21,972 nt of DNA from Ginkgo biloba (lineage: Eukaryota > Plantae > Ginkgophyta): NCBI GenBank assembly GCA_024626585.2, contig JANKJI020000002.1, forward strand, positions 103,810,360 to 103,832,331, read 5' to 3'. The translations under genes and the position numbers were made by a program. The notes beneath the pieces were generated by a model. That model ran no database searches. It had not been told where the DNA came from and was given only the letters and a program-made list of their open reading frames with translations. Each line of letters starts with the position of its first letter. Position 1 is the first letter of the stretch. Shown here one piece after another: positions 11,591-21,972 of this stretch.

Positions 11591-12044
11591 AAGATTTGAT
11601 GGACTCGGGCAAGGCATCGTAAGGGAGATGGGTATGCAGCATCCGTGGAGAAGCCATCGAATGCACGTCGCACATTGGGTTGGGACCGAAGCAACGAAAC
11701 TCCATTTGCGGTACTAATTCATGCGGATTTTTCTTACCCAGCAGATCCTCATGAGGATACTGATCACTTCCTTTGGACTGTGTGATTATGCTATAGATGA
11801 GAGCCTTCATCCAAGTGGTGCCAGTCTTCAAGCTTGAGGCAACTATTATATCATCTGGGCGTGCTTCAAAGTGCGATTTCATATCCACCATTCCTTCGAA
11901 AGAGCTCTTGCGGTACCAAAAGCCGTTGTATTCGAGAAAATCCAGTCCGTAGAGTGTCTCAATTCTCCCTGCACTGATGGTTTCGCCTGCATCACTCCAT
12001 TGTGAAGATTTCTCCTTGGAGGTTTTGGGGGCATTGGCTGCCAT
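11591..12044 (-). CDS. Cytosolic sulfotransferase (plant SOT/SULT, Sulfotransfer_1 family), 5' half; truncated by a 100-N gap
   Basis: ATG at 12044 opens about 151 uninterrupted codons with typical plant SOT motifs: YNGFWY, HFEARPDDIIVASSLKTGTTWMKAL (5'-PSB PAPS-binding loop), NPHELVPQME, SPRMLHTHLPYDALPESIKS (catalytic His region). No intron is seen, as is usual for plant SOTs. The 3' end is unknown. Confidence 0.92.
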
Positions 12045-12099
12045 GATTGATTTTCAAACAAAACACGGAATATCCAACCCTTTGAGAGTGTCTATTCAC

Positions 12100-12453
12100 A
12101 TGCATTACAAAGAGTTTGGTGTCCTTTAATTAACAGATTAGGCCTGAATTTAAAATTTAATTAATTAAACCATTCTAGGATGTTTTATGGTAGTTTTAGA
12201 AGCATCTAACATCACATGAAGAAGTTATATCCAAATTTCCTTTTGGTTACCAAAAAAATGACACTTTTATCTATTTTTTTAGGCAACTATGGTTTTTATC
12301 ATAACTTAGGATTGTTTTAAGGCTTGTAGGAAATGATACAACTCTTTCCTTGTGGACCTTCCACTAAAATTGAACAACTTTTTTCAAAATTTAATCACAA
12401 GTTTGCATTTTCTTACAAAATGACAAAATGGGTCTAGATTTGAAAACGAATTA
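12100..12453 (-). mobile_element. Probable 3' LTR of the gypsy element; distal boundary uncertain
   Basis: Begins right after the PPT with TAATTC (a possibly decayed TG start). Non-coding. No clear CA end was located. Confidence 0.45.
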
Positions 12454-13162
12454 GACCTCCCCTTTTTGGGGGTTTTTGGTCCCTCAGAAACTTAGTCAAT
12501 TATGAAGTAGGCGAAGAAACTTGTACTCCACCTCATCAATTCTATACCATTTAGCTTTTGTTGGATTCAGACCCTTCAGTCCAATATGTAGGGACTCTTG
12601 TTTTTTTTTTTTTTTGTCTCAAAGTTTATATTGCAAAATGGTATCTTTCTCCAACTTGGCATGTACATCTGGTATAAGGTCTTCTATATATGATAAAATT
12701 AGTATCGCCTCTTCATATTCATCAAGAATGGGATGGCTTGGACAACTTTAAATTTTCCGCATTAACAATAGAATAAATCACCATATAAGGTAACAAGTCT
12801 AATAGGAATGCATTCTCTCCCACCTACTGCACAATTTTAATGGATCGTACTTAATGGATTTCAAATTCTTCCCTAGAATTTGAAACCTCTTCTTATTGAG
12901 ATGCAGCCAAACCATATCTCCCACTTAAAAATTATGATCATTTCTATGCTGGTCATGTCACTCTTTGTTTCTTTGTTGAGACCTATGTAGTTTCTTCCAC
13001 TTGCCTATGTATATACTGAATACGCTCCATAAACTTGATGGCCTTTTGTTTCTCATCACCATATGCATTTCAATATATTTTGTAAATGAAACATCAAAAG
13101 GAGTTTGAGATAAGAAACCTAAACAAGTTTCAAATGGGGAGTTGTAGCTCAAAGTACGAATG
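12454..13162 (-). mobile_element. Decayed Ty3/gypsy (chromovirus-like) integrase C-terminus, chromodomain-position tail and PPT
   Basis: SPFETCLGFLSQTPFD...HDQHRNDHNF*VGDMVWLHLNKKR...KNLKSIKYDP..VGENAFLLDLLPYM..YSIVNAENLKL...DTILQ..IGLKGLNPTKAKWY...FLRLLHN*, with stops and frameshifts. It is followed by the purine tract AAAAAGGGGAGG (12467-12456). Confidence 0.85.
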
Positions 13163-13998
13163 NNNNNNNNNNNNNNNNNNNNNNNNNNNNNNNNNNNNNN
13201 NNNNNNNNNNNNNNNNNNNNNNNNNNNNNNNNNNNNNNNNNNNNNNNNNNNNNNNNNNNNNNAATTTACATTATCTCATCATTAAGCCTCACCATTTTGG
13301 AGGTATTAATAAATCTCAAATGTCAATAAGTCTTGAGTTAATCATTTATTCAAGTTTCACCTACCAATATGATAATCTATTATGAATGCTCTTATTATTG
13401 TAACTAAGGTTCAAATCTTAGGGCTAGATACTAGAGATCCATATCCCTCATGATATGTTATTATACACAATTGTAAATTCATTGCCAATAAAAGGAAAAA
13501 GTATATTAAAAAGCTTGTCAATTCTATATATATCCTCTTAAGAAAGTTATTTTTTAATAACAAAGAAAGATATTTTGCTAATGTATAATTTGAAGGAGAA
13601 AAGAAAAGAAAACCTATGTATTAGTAGTCTATGAAAAGTTTGTGTACTTTACATGACTTTCATATATTTTTCTTTTAAAGTCATAACATCCACATCCATG
13701 GACCAAACCTTAGAAACTTATATGGAAAATGGTTTGACAAAATGAACATAAAAACTAAACAAGAACCTCAAGATGGCTACTTGATTAGTCCTCAACATGG
13801 TTAAGAAGAAAACAAAGCATATAAATTGCAATAGGAAAAATAAATTCATATAACTATTAAAATAAAAAAAATCAACACATATGATGGAAACAATCAATAA
13901 TAAAATTAGATGTAGGATTAAAAAAAATATTATTTATGTACTGACCCCAAACAAGAAACTACTAGATAATATAAAGAATTTAATAAATTTATAGATAA

Positions 13999-14299
13999 CT
14001 AGTACTTGCCTATGGCAAGTAATTACCACGAAACTTCCTATGCCGCCATTTCTTCCACCCCCCATATCATCCCATGCCACCATTTCCTCCAACGCCCCTC
14101 CTCCATTATCACGGACCCTCCTGTGTTGCCATTTCCTCCACCCCCCGTACCCTTCCATGCCACCATTTCCTCCATCCCCCCTCCCCCTCAGTGTCACCAT
14201 TTACCCACCGCCATGTGAGTAAATAGCAGTGAGTACATGGTGGTGAGTACTTTCAATTTGAACCTTCTCTCTTCGTTCGAGAGAAGATTTTTTTTTAGT
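13999..14299. mobile_element. About 300-bp segment with Helitron-like hairpin+(C/T)TAG termini and C-rich internal repeats
   Basis: Left: CTAG (13999-14002) next to hairpin TACTTGCC-TAT-GGCAAGTA (14003-14021). Right: hairpin CTTCTCTC-TTCGTTC-GAGAGAAG (14264-14286), then TTAG|T (14295-14299). Internally there are about 5 copies of TGCCRCCATTTCCTCCA. Confidence 0.35.
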
Positions 14300-15887
14300 A
14301 TATTAGTATGATAATTGTCATAATTTTGTACAAGCACGTTATATGGTATTTTTTATTTCCTTGGTTGGGATTTGTATGGATTCCGTGTGAGTACGAAGAC
14401 AGGGATGTAAGCACTTTCATTGTGCCTAAAGTGAAGATAAGGAGTTTCGAATAGATTGGGTGGAGTCTACTCATCAAACCCTTGGGGATTATGCAATATG
14501 AGCAAGTCAATGGACTAAATTTCACTAAATAATCTCTTAATTAGAGATTATTTTCAAAAGGTCTGCAATTAATGGTACTAGTATTTGGAGGACATATATT
14601 AAGAGAGCTCACTTTTATAATACAAATTTTACTTTTCATGTTGGGAGATCCTTTCTCTCCAATACATCATCATTATCTCATTTTCTCTCCATTAGTATAG
14701 TCATTGTTTGATGTAAAAAATAAGGGTTCATATTATCTCTCTTGATTTTGATAGAGTCCATCACATACATAAGCAACAAAAAATTAAAATATTGCTCAAT
14801 TAACTTTTTTTAACATATTGTTCTCTATATCAATATATTAATTAAGCACTCATTATTTTGTAAGATTTATGCAACTAAATTCATATGATGCACTTAGTTG
14901 ATAACTTAATTATTTATGTAATTAAATAATTATATTAAAGACAATAATATAATTATCTCATATTTGATTGCTTCAAGGGTGCACATCCCACAATCACTGT
15001 TCATTTAGGACAGAGTCTCTTTCTTAAAATAAATGATTGGTTATTTTCAATTGTTTGCTAATCAAGCAAAGTGGCCTAAATAACACTTTCTAATTCAACA
15101 TTAGGTTTACTAAATTCATCTTAGGATTTTATTATAAAGTTATGTAACTTGCTCATTCTCATGGAGATAAGTCTTTGATAAAAAAGAGCTAAATCGTTTT
15201 CCTAATTGCCTATGGTTCATTGTCTTACTTAAATCTCACTTGGATTTTAATCTTGTTGTGAGCTTGACATCCTTATTGAAGTCTTTCACTTTCTTACCCA
15301 AGGGTAATTTGTTTATGCCTTTCATCATCCTCATATCAACTATTATCGAAGCCTCAATTCGTAGGATATAAATTTTTGTAAGATTTCTTTATATTAAGTG
15401 TTAACTTAAGTAGGGGTAGTGATGGGTCCAAAGAAAGAATCACTACCAATTTTTGGTAATCTTCCTATAAGGGACAACTTGGAGAATATCATTCAGAAAC
15501 AACATGAATAGATTTAGTAATAATAAGATCAAATTCGACAGTGAAAANNNNNNNNNNNNNNNNNAAATTTTACATTGATCCAATAGGTTCTTTAGTCATG
15601 CAAGCTCAATATCCAGCTCTTATGTGAAAATAATTCTTATGAGCTTAATAGTAAGCTTTTCCTTGCATCTAAGGTAAGGAAACCTCGATGAACAAGCATA
15701 TAGGTAGGATAACACCAAATTATGATTGTGAAAATCCTATCGTGGTATTTATGGATCAACTATTCTAAGGAGAAAAGAAGGAATATTNNNNNNNNNNNNN
15801 NNNNNNNNNNNNNNNNNNNNNNNNNNNNNNNNNNNNNNNNNNNNNNNNNNNNNNNNNNNNNNNNNNNNNNNNNNNNNNNNNNNNNNN

Positions 15888-16037
15888 GCTGTTAGAAAAC
15901 CCAGGTTAACTCTCAATGCGCCTAACCACCCTAACACTCAACCGTTGGTGAGAGCAACGATCGAGCTGTCGGGACTCAGTGGTGGCACATTGGGCATGCT
16001 AACCTTACTACAGTAAACGTACCAGTAGCAGTCAACA
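15888..16037. mobile_element. LTR terminus (…GTCAACA) abutting older sequence
   Basis: A GC- and CpG-richer 150-bp stretch ends in CAACA at 16037 (TGTTG on the minus strand), followed by an abrupt change to decayed AT-rich sequence. Orientation is ambiguous. Confidence 0.45.
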
Positions 16038-16184
16038 ATCCCTCACCTAATTTCTTATTTTGTTGTGATCCTAACATCCTAGTAAGTCTTCCACTATCTT
16101 ATCCAAGGGTGATCCTCTTAGCCTTTCAATTAGTGTCACATCATAGTATGTGTCGTGTTATATTATTCCTCTAATTGTTCTTCA

Positions 16185-16510
16185 ACTTGAGGAAGATCTT
16201 CCTTATGTGTCCTACCTCATTATAAAAAGAACATTAGAAAGGAATTATTTCATAATCAATATCTACCTTATATGAATTCCTACCTAATTTAATGAAGATG
16301 CACTCTTTTAGAGGCTTGTTCATTCCCTTTTCCACATAGATTTTAATAATCCCAATCATTACATGCAAGACTATATCCCTATCAAACATTAAACTTTTCT
16401 AACCAATGACCCTATCTTCCCAATATTTTTAGGACTTGAAATTATTTTTCCAAGTAGGGGAACCTAATCCATACTAGCATTCTTAAATGTTTAGGGTTTA
16501 TAGGATCAAA
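16185..16510 (-). mobile_element. Decayed LINE (L1-type) ORF1 fragment: DUF4283 end plus zinc knuckle
   Basis: FDPINPKHLRMLVWIRFPYL...GHWLEKF...IKIYVEKGMNKPLKECIFIKLGRNSYKVDIDYENNSF, a frameshift, then CSFYNEVGHIRKIFLK (degenerate CX2CX4HX4C). Confidence 0.75.
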
Positions 16511-17041
16511 CATAAGGAAGATAATTTAGTGGATAAATATAAGGCAAGATTGATTGTAAAAGGATATTATTAATAAGAGGGCATGGATTATAATGAAACA
16601 TTTGCACCAATAATAATGTGAAATACAATCTAAGTCATCATGGCATTAGTATCTTAACTTGGTTGGAAGTTGTACCAGATGGATGTCAAGAATGATTTTT
16701 TGAATGGACATCTCAAAGAGGAGGTCTACACAATTTAGCTATAAGGATTTTANNNNNNNNNNNNNNNCATCGTAAGGTATGAAAATTGGTTAAGGACTAT
16801 ACGGATTGAAATAGGCAACCCAAACATGGTATTAAAAGATGGATGAATACTTGAGAAAAGTTAAATTAAAAAAATATGAGGTTGATGCTAATCTATATGT
16901 TAAGAGAGTTGCAGATAAAATGATCATGATTGTCCTACATATAGATGATCTAATTATAATAGGTAATAGTGATGACTTGAACAATCAAGTAAAAATTTAT
17001 TTGAAGAAAGGTTTCAAGATGACAAATATTGTACTTCTTTA
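16493..17041 (+). mobile_element. Decayed Ty1/copia reverse transcriptase (RVT_2)
   Basis: VYRIKHKEDNLVDKYKARLIVKGYY**EGMDYNETFAP...GWKLYQMDVKNDFLNGHLKEEVY...LYGLK*ATQTWY*KMDEYL...DANLYVK...IVLHIDDLII (YVDD changed to HIDD), with many stops. Confidence 0.95.
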
Positions 17042-17164
17042 NNNNNNNNNNNNNNNNNNNNNNNNNNNNNNNNNNNNNNNNNNNNNNNNNNNNNNNNNNN
17101 NNNNNNNNNNNNNNNNNNNNNNNNNNNNNNNNNNNNNNNNNGACATATTTTACGTAAGGGAATA

Positions 17165-17800
17165 CTTATAGATTTCATGAGTAGTTTCCTTGTGAGTTCA
17201 TTTTCCATGTATTAGGCAATAGCCTATAATTTCCAAGTTCACCTATGATTTTACAAAGGGATAGCTAGCGAAGTCTTGAGGCAGTGACTCACTTGTGATG
17301 TTCTCTCCACTAGGAATTAGCCTTTGATTTATAGGTTTTCACCTATTATTATACTAAGGTAAATCTATCAAAGTCTTAAGGAAGCATATCACTTGCGATC
17401 TTCTCTTCACCAGCACTAGCTTGCGACTTTTCAGGTTCTCACCTACGATTTCACTAAGGGACAACTAGCAAAGTCTTGAGGCAGTGACTCAATTATGATC
17501 TTATCTTCATCAAGAACTAGCCCATGAATTTTGAGGTTCTCACCTATGATGTAGCCAAGAATATGCTTGGAATACCATATGTAAAATTGGATGTTGAACC
17601 TCATGGATGCAACAATCCCTTTGTACTTAGATTATTAGTCTCTTTTATGAGACAGATAATTTTTCTAAAATTTATGGACTGTGATTTCACTTTTCAATTT
17701 TTATTTCAAGAATTTGTATTTCTTTGATATGATCACTGCCCATGTATGTTATTTTAGTTTGTGCTCAATTCTTTTGAACTAGTTAATATTTACAATTTTA
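17165..17800 (+). repeat. Dispersed repeat homologous to 8610-9047, containing a 100-bp tandem array of about 3.2 copies
   Basis: Shares TAAAATTTATGGACT.TGATT.CACTTTT.AATTTTTATTTCAAGAAT and its flanks with about 8910-8957. The ACCTATGAT-type motif recurs at 17241, 17341, 17441 and 17542. Confidence 0.9.
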
Positions 17801-17809
17801 TTTTCACTA

Positions 17810-18540
17810 GATACATACCAGGATCTAGACCAAACCCACTTCTGTTATTCTTTCTACCATTTATATGGATAATTCTTGAAATCTCAAACATTTTGGGCAT
17901 GTCTCCTTTGGACGATAGTCTTGGCAAAAATTATAATAGAATGGAGACTCAACATTAGTGTGCAGTAGGGCTAGATTTGGTGCGCCCTATTGATTTTTAT
18001 TCAACTAGTAAATTAGTCCCCCCCTTTCTTTAAGTTGTCTCTTTAAGGAATTTATTTCATTACATAGGTTTTGAATCAAACTTAGAGTCTCTAAAGATTC
18101 AACTTGTTGAGCAATTTCTAGCTTTTCTAATTTGATAGAAGAAGATAGGGTTAAATTGATCTTACCAGAATCGATGAGATTATTCTTGATTATTTGAGAA
18201 ATTATTATAACATCATCCAAGTTGTGTGTATTTATTTCCTTGAGCTTGTATCTCATTTCGGGGTCCAAATCTTGTGTGTAGAATAAAAACTAAAATCTCG
18301 TTGGTAGGCCTCCATTGTGCTAGAATATTACTCATCACTTGGTTGAACTACAAATTGAAGTCTTTGATAAAATCTATTTCACTTTTATAAATTGCCGTTA
18401 GTTATTTAAATAAAGTGTGATTATTAACCAGGTTATAATATTCACTCTTAAATTGGGCAACCAATATAGCCTAATTTGTGGAGTTCATGGGAAAAGAATT
18501 AAACCAATGCCATGCTTCATCTTCATGAGTCTGAATGAAA
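17810..18540 (-). mobile_element. Decayed Ty3/gypsy gag (Retrotrans_gag, Tat-like)
   Basis: FIQTHEDEAWHWFNSFPMNSTN*AILVAQFKSEY...DFNL*FNQVMSNI...FYTQDLDPEMRYKLKE...IKNNLIDSGK...LIQNLCNEINSLKRQ, with stops and frameshifts. Confidence 0.75.
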
Positions 18541-19449
18541 NNNNNNNNNNNNNNNNNNNNNNNNNNNNNNNNNNNNNNNNNNNNNNNNNNNNNNNNNNNN
18601 NNNNNNNNNNNNNNNNNNNNNNNNNNNNNNNNNNNNNNNNATCCCCCTACTACCAGAGATGATTACAAAGGGCTCGTCAATCATATCAAGAACTTAGACT
18701 AAAAACTTTATAACTCTGTCCTTAGCATCGGCATTTAAAATTCTCCTCACCATGCCCATTTCCTTCCACCCGAATAACATATATATTATTGTACATTATA
18801 TATTATAATTAATATATTATATACTTTATATATTATATATATTGTATAAAGATATGGATATGGATATAATAGATATGGATGTATTAGATCTTCTTTGTTT
18901 ATGAATGTCTCTTATGAGCACCTTCTACTAGATAATGAGGACCCCATAAAGTTATAGGATCTAAGAGCCTCTTAGTCCTCAGAACTTACTTCATAATAAT
19001 AACGTATAGCTCCATCAAGTATGCCCATATATAACATGCCTCTAAATCATCTTATAAATTTCTTGCCTCCTAATTTCTATGCATGGGCCTCAATGCATCC
19101 CCCTTATTGAGATATTTCCATGTCCTAATTGTATATCAATAGGAGGATGAGGAAGAGTAGAGACAAATATAGAAGATAGGCACAGGTTCAAGTGCCCATG
19201 AAAACTAGTGCCTTAGGGTCAATTTATTAATCAAACTCCCCCCAACCCCTTCATGTATACCATATTCCTATTTATATACAAAGTACATGTCTTCAAGAGT
19301 TATGTTATGGTTTAAATTATTTCTAGGGAATGGGCAAAGTAAAATAATGTCACCACAAACAAAAAGAGTTAAATAATTGAAATACCATATCCCTTCTTAT
19401 TTTTCATCAATTTCATTATCTTTTCATCTTATAGTGATCAAATTCCCAT

Positions 19450-19900
19450 TGAATGAATACCTTTTCTACTTTGGAAGCTAAATGCATCTAGCTCTTTTTC
19501 ATGCTTGTATTAAAATCTAAACTTGATTATATTTAACAAATTTACAAAATGATTGAAATCCCATTGCCAACACATAAGTTTTGGACTACGGTATTTAATT
19601 TAATTGGAGACAAATGTCCTCTTAGGGTGAAATTTCTCATTATCTATTTTTCACTACAAAAAGTAACCTAAGTGAATCCCATATTCCTAAGAAATGATTA
19701 GCCATATTATCAGCAAGTAGCATTTAATTCTATATTACACTCAAAGTGTTCTCTTCCAAATGATGGAAAGGCTAATACTATCATATTATTTTAAGGATCA
19801 CCAAACTTGAACATAGGCAAGAAATACTTTTCAAAGTTTTAAATCTAGATGAATAATTAGAACCATGTACTTGGATTTTTTTTTATACATAAATCCATGG
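19450..19900 (-). mobile_element. Highly decayed Ty3/gypsy RT-connection/RNase H remnant
   Basis: IVLAFPSFGREHFECN (cf. PVLALPDF..FEVECD), VTFCSEK* (cf. IAYFSEKL) and DAFS (cf. ADALS) occur in the expected order, with frameshifts. Confidence 0.5.
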
Positions 19901-21049
19901 TAGATTACCCAAAATTATTAGAATCGTGACATATCAAAATTTATATTTTGGTGCAAAGAAATGTTGTGTTGTTTAGANNNNNNNNNNNNNNNNNNNNNNN
20001 NNNNNNNNNNNNNNNNNNNNNNNNNNNNNNNNNNNNNNNNNNNNNNNNNNNNNNNNNNNNNNNNNNNNNNNNNNNNNNNNNNNNNNNNNNNNNNNNNNNN
20101 NNNNNNNNNNNNNNNNNNNNNNNNNNNNNNNNNNNNNNNNNNNNNNNNNNNNNNNNNNNNNNNNNNNNNNNNNNNNNNNNNNNNNNNNNNNNNNNNNNNN
20201 NNNNNNNNNNNNNNNNNNNNNNNNNNNNNNNNNNNNNNNNNNNNNNNNNNNNNNNNNNNNNNNNNNNNNNNNNNNNNNNNNNNNNNNNNNNNNNNNNNNN
20301 NNNNNNNNNNNNNNNNNNNNNNNNNNNNNNNNNNNNNNNNNNNNNNNNNNNNNNNNNNNNNNNNNNNNNNNNNNNNNNNNNNNNNNNNNNNNNNNNNNNN
20401 NNNNNNNNNNNNNNNNNNNNNNNNNNNNNNNNNNNNNNNNNNNNNNNNNNNNNNNNNNNNNNNNNNNNNNNNNNNNNNNNNNNNNNNNNNNNNNNNNNNN
20501 NNNNNNNNNNNNNNNNNNNNNNNNNNNNNNNNNNNNNNNNNNNNNNNNNNNNNNNNNNNNNNNNNNNNNNNNNNNNNNNNNNNNNNNNNNNNNNNNNNNN
20601 NNNNNNNNNNNNNNNNNNNNNNNNNNNNNNNNNNNNNNNNNNNNNNNNNNNNNNNNNNNNNNNNNNNNNNNAACATTATTTATGAAGAATCTAAAAGGAA
20701 GGAAATGTATAAAACTCACAAGAAATATTACAAGAAATTAGAAGTGGGCCTTTTCTTGCATCTTGTAGGTTAAATCTGATACAACTGACGTGTCACATCT
20801 TCATGAATTATTTTTATACTTTCCACTATTTTCAGTGATATCATACTTATTATCTAACATCCATATATGGATGACATCCTAAAGAGGAATAATTATAACA
20901 AAATTTACATACTCTTATATATTCCATTACATTAGTTTCTCTAAAATTATTTGTAATGAATAGAATAGGGCACCATTTTTAATCTCTATACATTCATATC
21001 AAGTCATTAAGTATATATGATGATTTTCTAATTAAGTCTGTAGATAATC

Positions 21050-21261
21050 TACTAATGTATTTATGTTTATCTAGATCCTTTGGTAAGTTGATTTTCATTA
21101 CTTTCAAATGGGCATTTCTTAACATAAATTGCACAATCAATGCATAACTCTTCTGGTATGAATGCAAGTTTAGAAGTAGAAGAGGCTTTTATGCAAAGAT
21201 TTCCTATTTTAACAATGGGGCATCTCTTTTAACGCTTTTGTCTACATTTCTTAGGTTTGCA
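21050..21261 (-). pseudogene. ABCE1: ABCE1/RLI (RNase L inhibitor, ABC-E) N-terminal Fe-S domain pseudogene fragment
   Basis: Manual translation gives [52 protein letters not shown], a frameshift, then INLPKDLDK. The family consensus is [26 protein letters not shown]...[35 protein letters not shown]. It has one stop, one frameshift and two Cys lost. Confidence 0.9.
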
Positions 21262-21972
21262 GTTGAATGTCAAAATGAGGTGGTACTTGATTTTTAAACT
21301 TGTACAAGGTTTTCTATAGAGCTACCTCATTCCATGCTTATAGAAACTTGCATACATTTGGTTCAAACAAAAGTGAACATACACTTCAAGATGCTTGATC
21401 ATATAGACTAGGGCACAGATTTAACATCATATCCCATCATAAGACTTACATATTAGAATGTAATCCATCAAACGTATTCAAGGATATCTTCCCTTCACTA
21501 TAAGATGTTGCAACACCTCTATGTGTAAGTCTAGGTGGTCCATAACATAGGCCTGATGTGGTGGCAATGCTTACATAATCCTTACATTCCAACCTATCCC
21601 CATTTCTTACCTATTCCTTATGTGGTAGGAGTTCCTCTATAAGTGTTACATGCCAAAGAAGTTATTTTATCTATCCAAGGAGGTTAATGTATCTTAAGAT
21701 TGTATTCCTCAAAGGAGGTCAGCATAAATTACCACTTATCCTATAGAGTTTTTGGAGACCAACATTATACTTATATCATTTTCCAATATCCTAACTGTAT
21801 TTCAATTCCTTACTAAAATTATGTATCACTTTATTATCTCCAACAACGTATCAAATTAGGACTAATTGTAGTCATTGGAAATAATTTTTGCATTCAACAC
21901 GTGCTTCATATAACATAATCACAAAATAAGAAATGAAGGCAAAGAATGAAAACTATAATAAGTCTACATTAG

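Noticed and set aside
10192-12044. SULT plus FAM91A1 as a gene cluster or fusion
   Set aside because: They are separated by a 100-N gap of unknown size and have no functional link.
13934-14222. Pro-rich and Gly-rich ORFs as an extensin or glycine-rich protein
   Set aside because: They are by-products of the C-rich repeat, the units shift frame, and there is no signal peptide.
17230-17551. CRISPR-like regularly spaced repeats (also 9445-9810)
   Set aside because: The whole units are homologous with no unique spacers, the context is eukaryotic, and there are no cas genes.
19652-19662. CACTACAAAAA as a CACTA TIR
   Set aside because: It is better explained as the antisense of the gypsy RNase H 'FCSEK' codons. 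No subterminal repeats or partner TIR were seen.
19918-20773. Long ORFs made mostly of X (also 6125-6856, 7839-8183 and others)
   Set aside because: Artefacts of N runs.
21400-21800. Possible plant-mobile-domain or other TE ORF remnant
   Set aside because: No motif could be matched convincingly by eye.

Overview
This is AT-rich, repeat-dominated eukaryotic DNA from a fragmented plant assembly. A gymnosperm-type genome is inferred from the retroelement lineages but not proven. Seven gaps are exactly 100 N (3247-3346, 4377-4476, 11491-11590, 13163-13262, 15788-15887, 17042-17141, 18541-18640), so the window is probably about 8 small joined scaffolds and adjacency across them is unreliable. Three host-gene pieces are recognisable, all on the minus strand: the intact 5' half of a cytosolic sulfotransferase (12044 to the gap at 11591), a FAM91A1 exon with its acceptor site that runs into a decayed Ty3/gypsy integrase (about 10514-10260), and a decayed, intronless ABCE1/RLI Fe-S-domain fragment missing from the ORF track (about 21261-21050). 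The rest is transposon debris: Ty3/gypsy gag, RNase H and integrase pieces, a Ty1/copia RT, a LINE ORF1, a probable CACTA end with tandem repeats, LTR ends and Helitron-like termini. I found no convincing novel multi-gene system. The best leads are an LTR-like U3 packed with DRE/CRT (CCGAC) cores, a sulfotransferase directly downstream of a same-strand gypsy 3' LTR, and several LTR-less fusion junctions.
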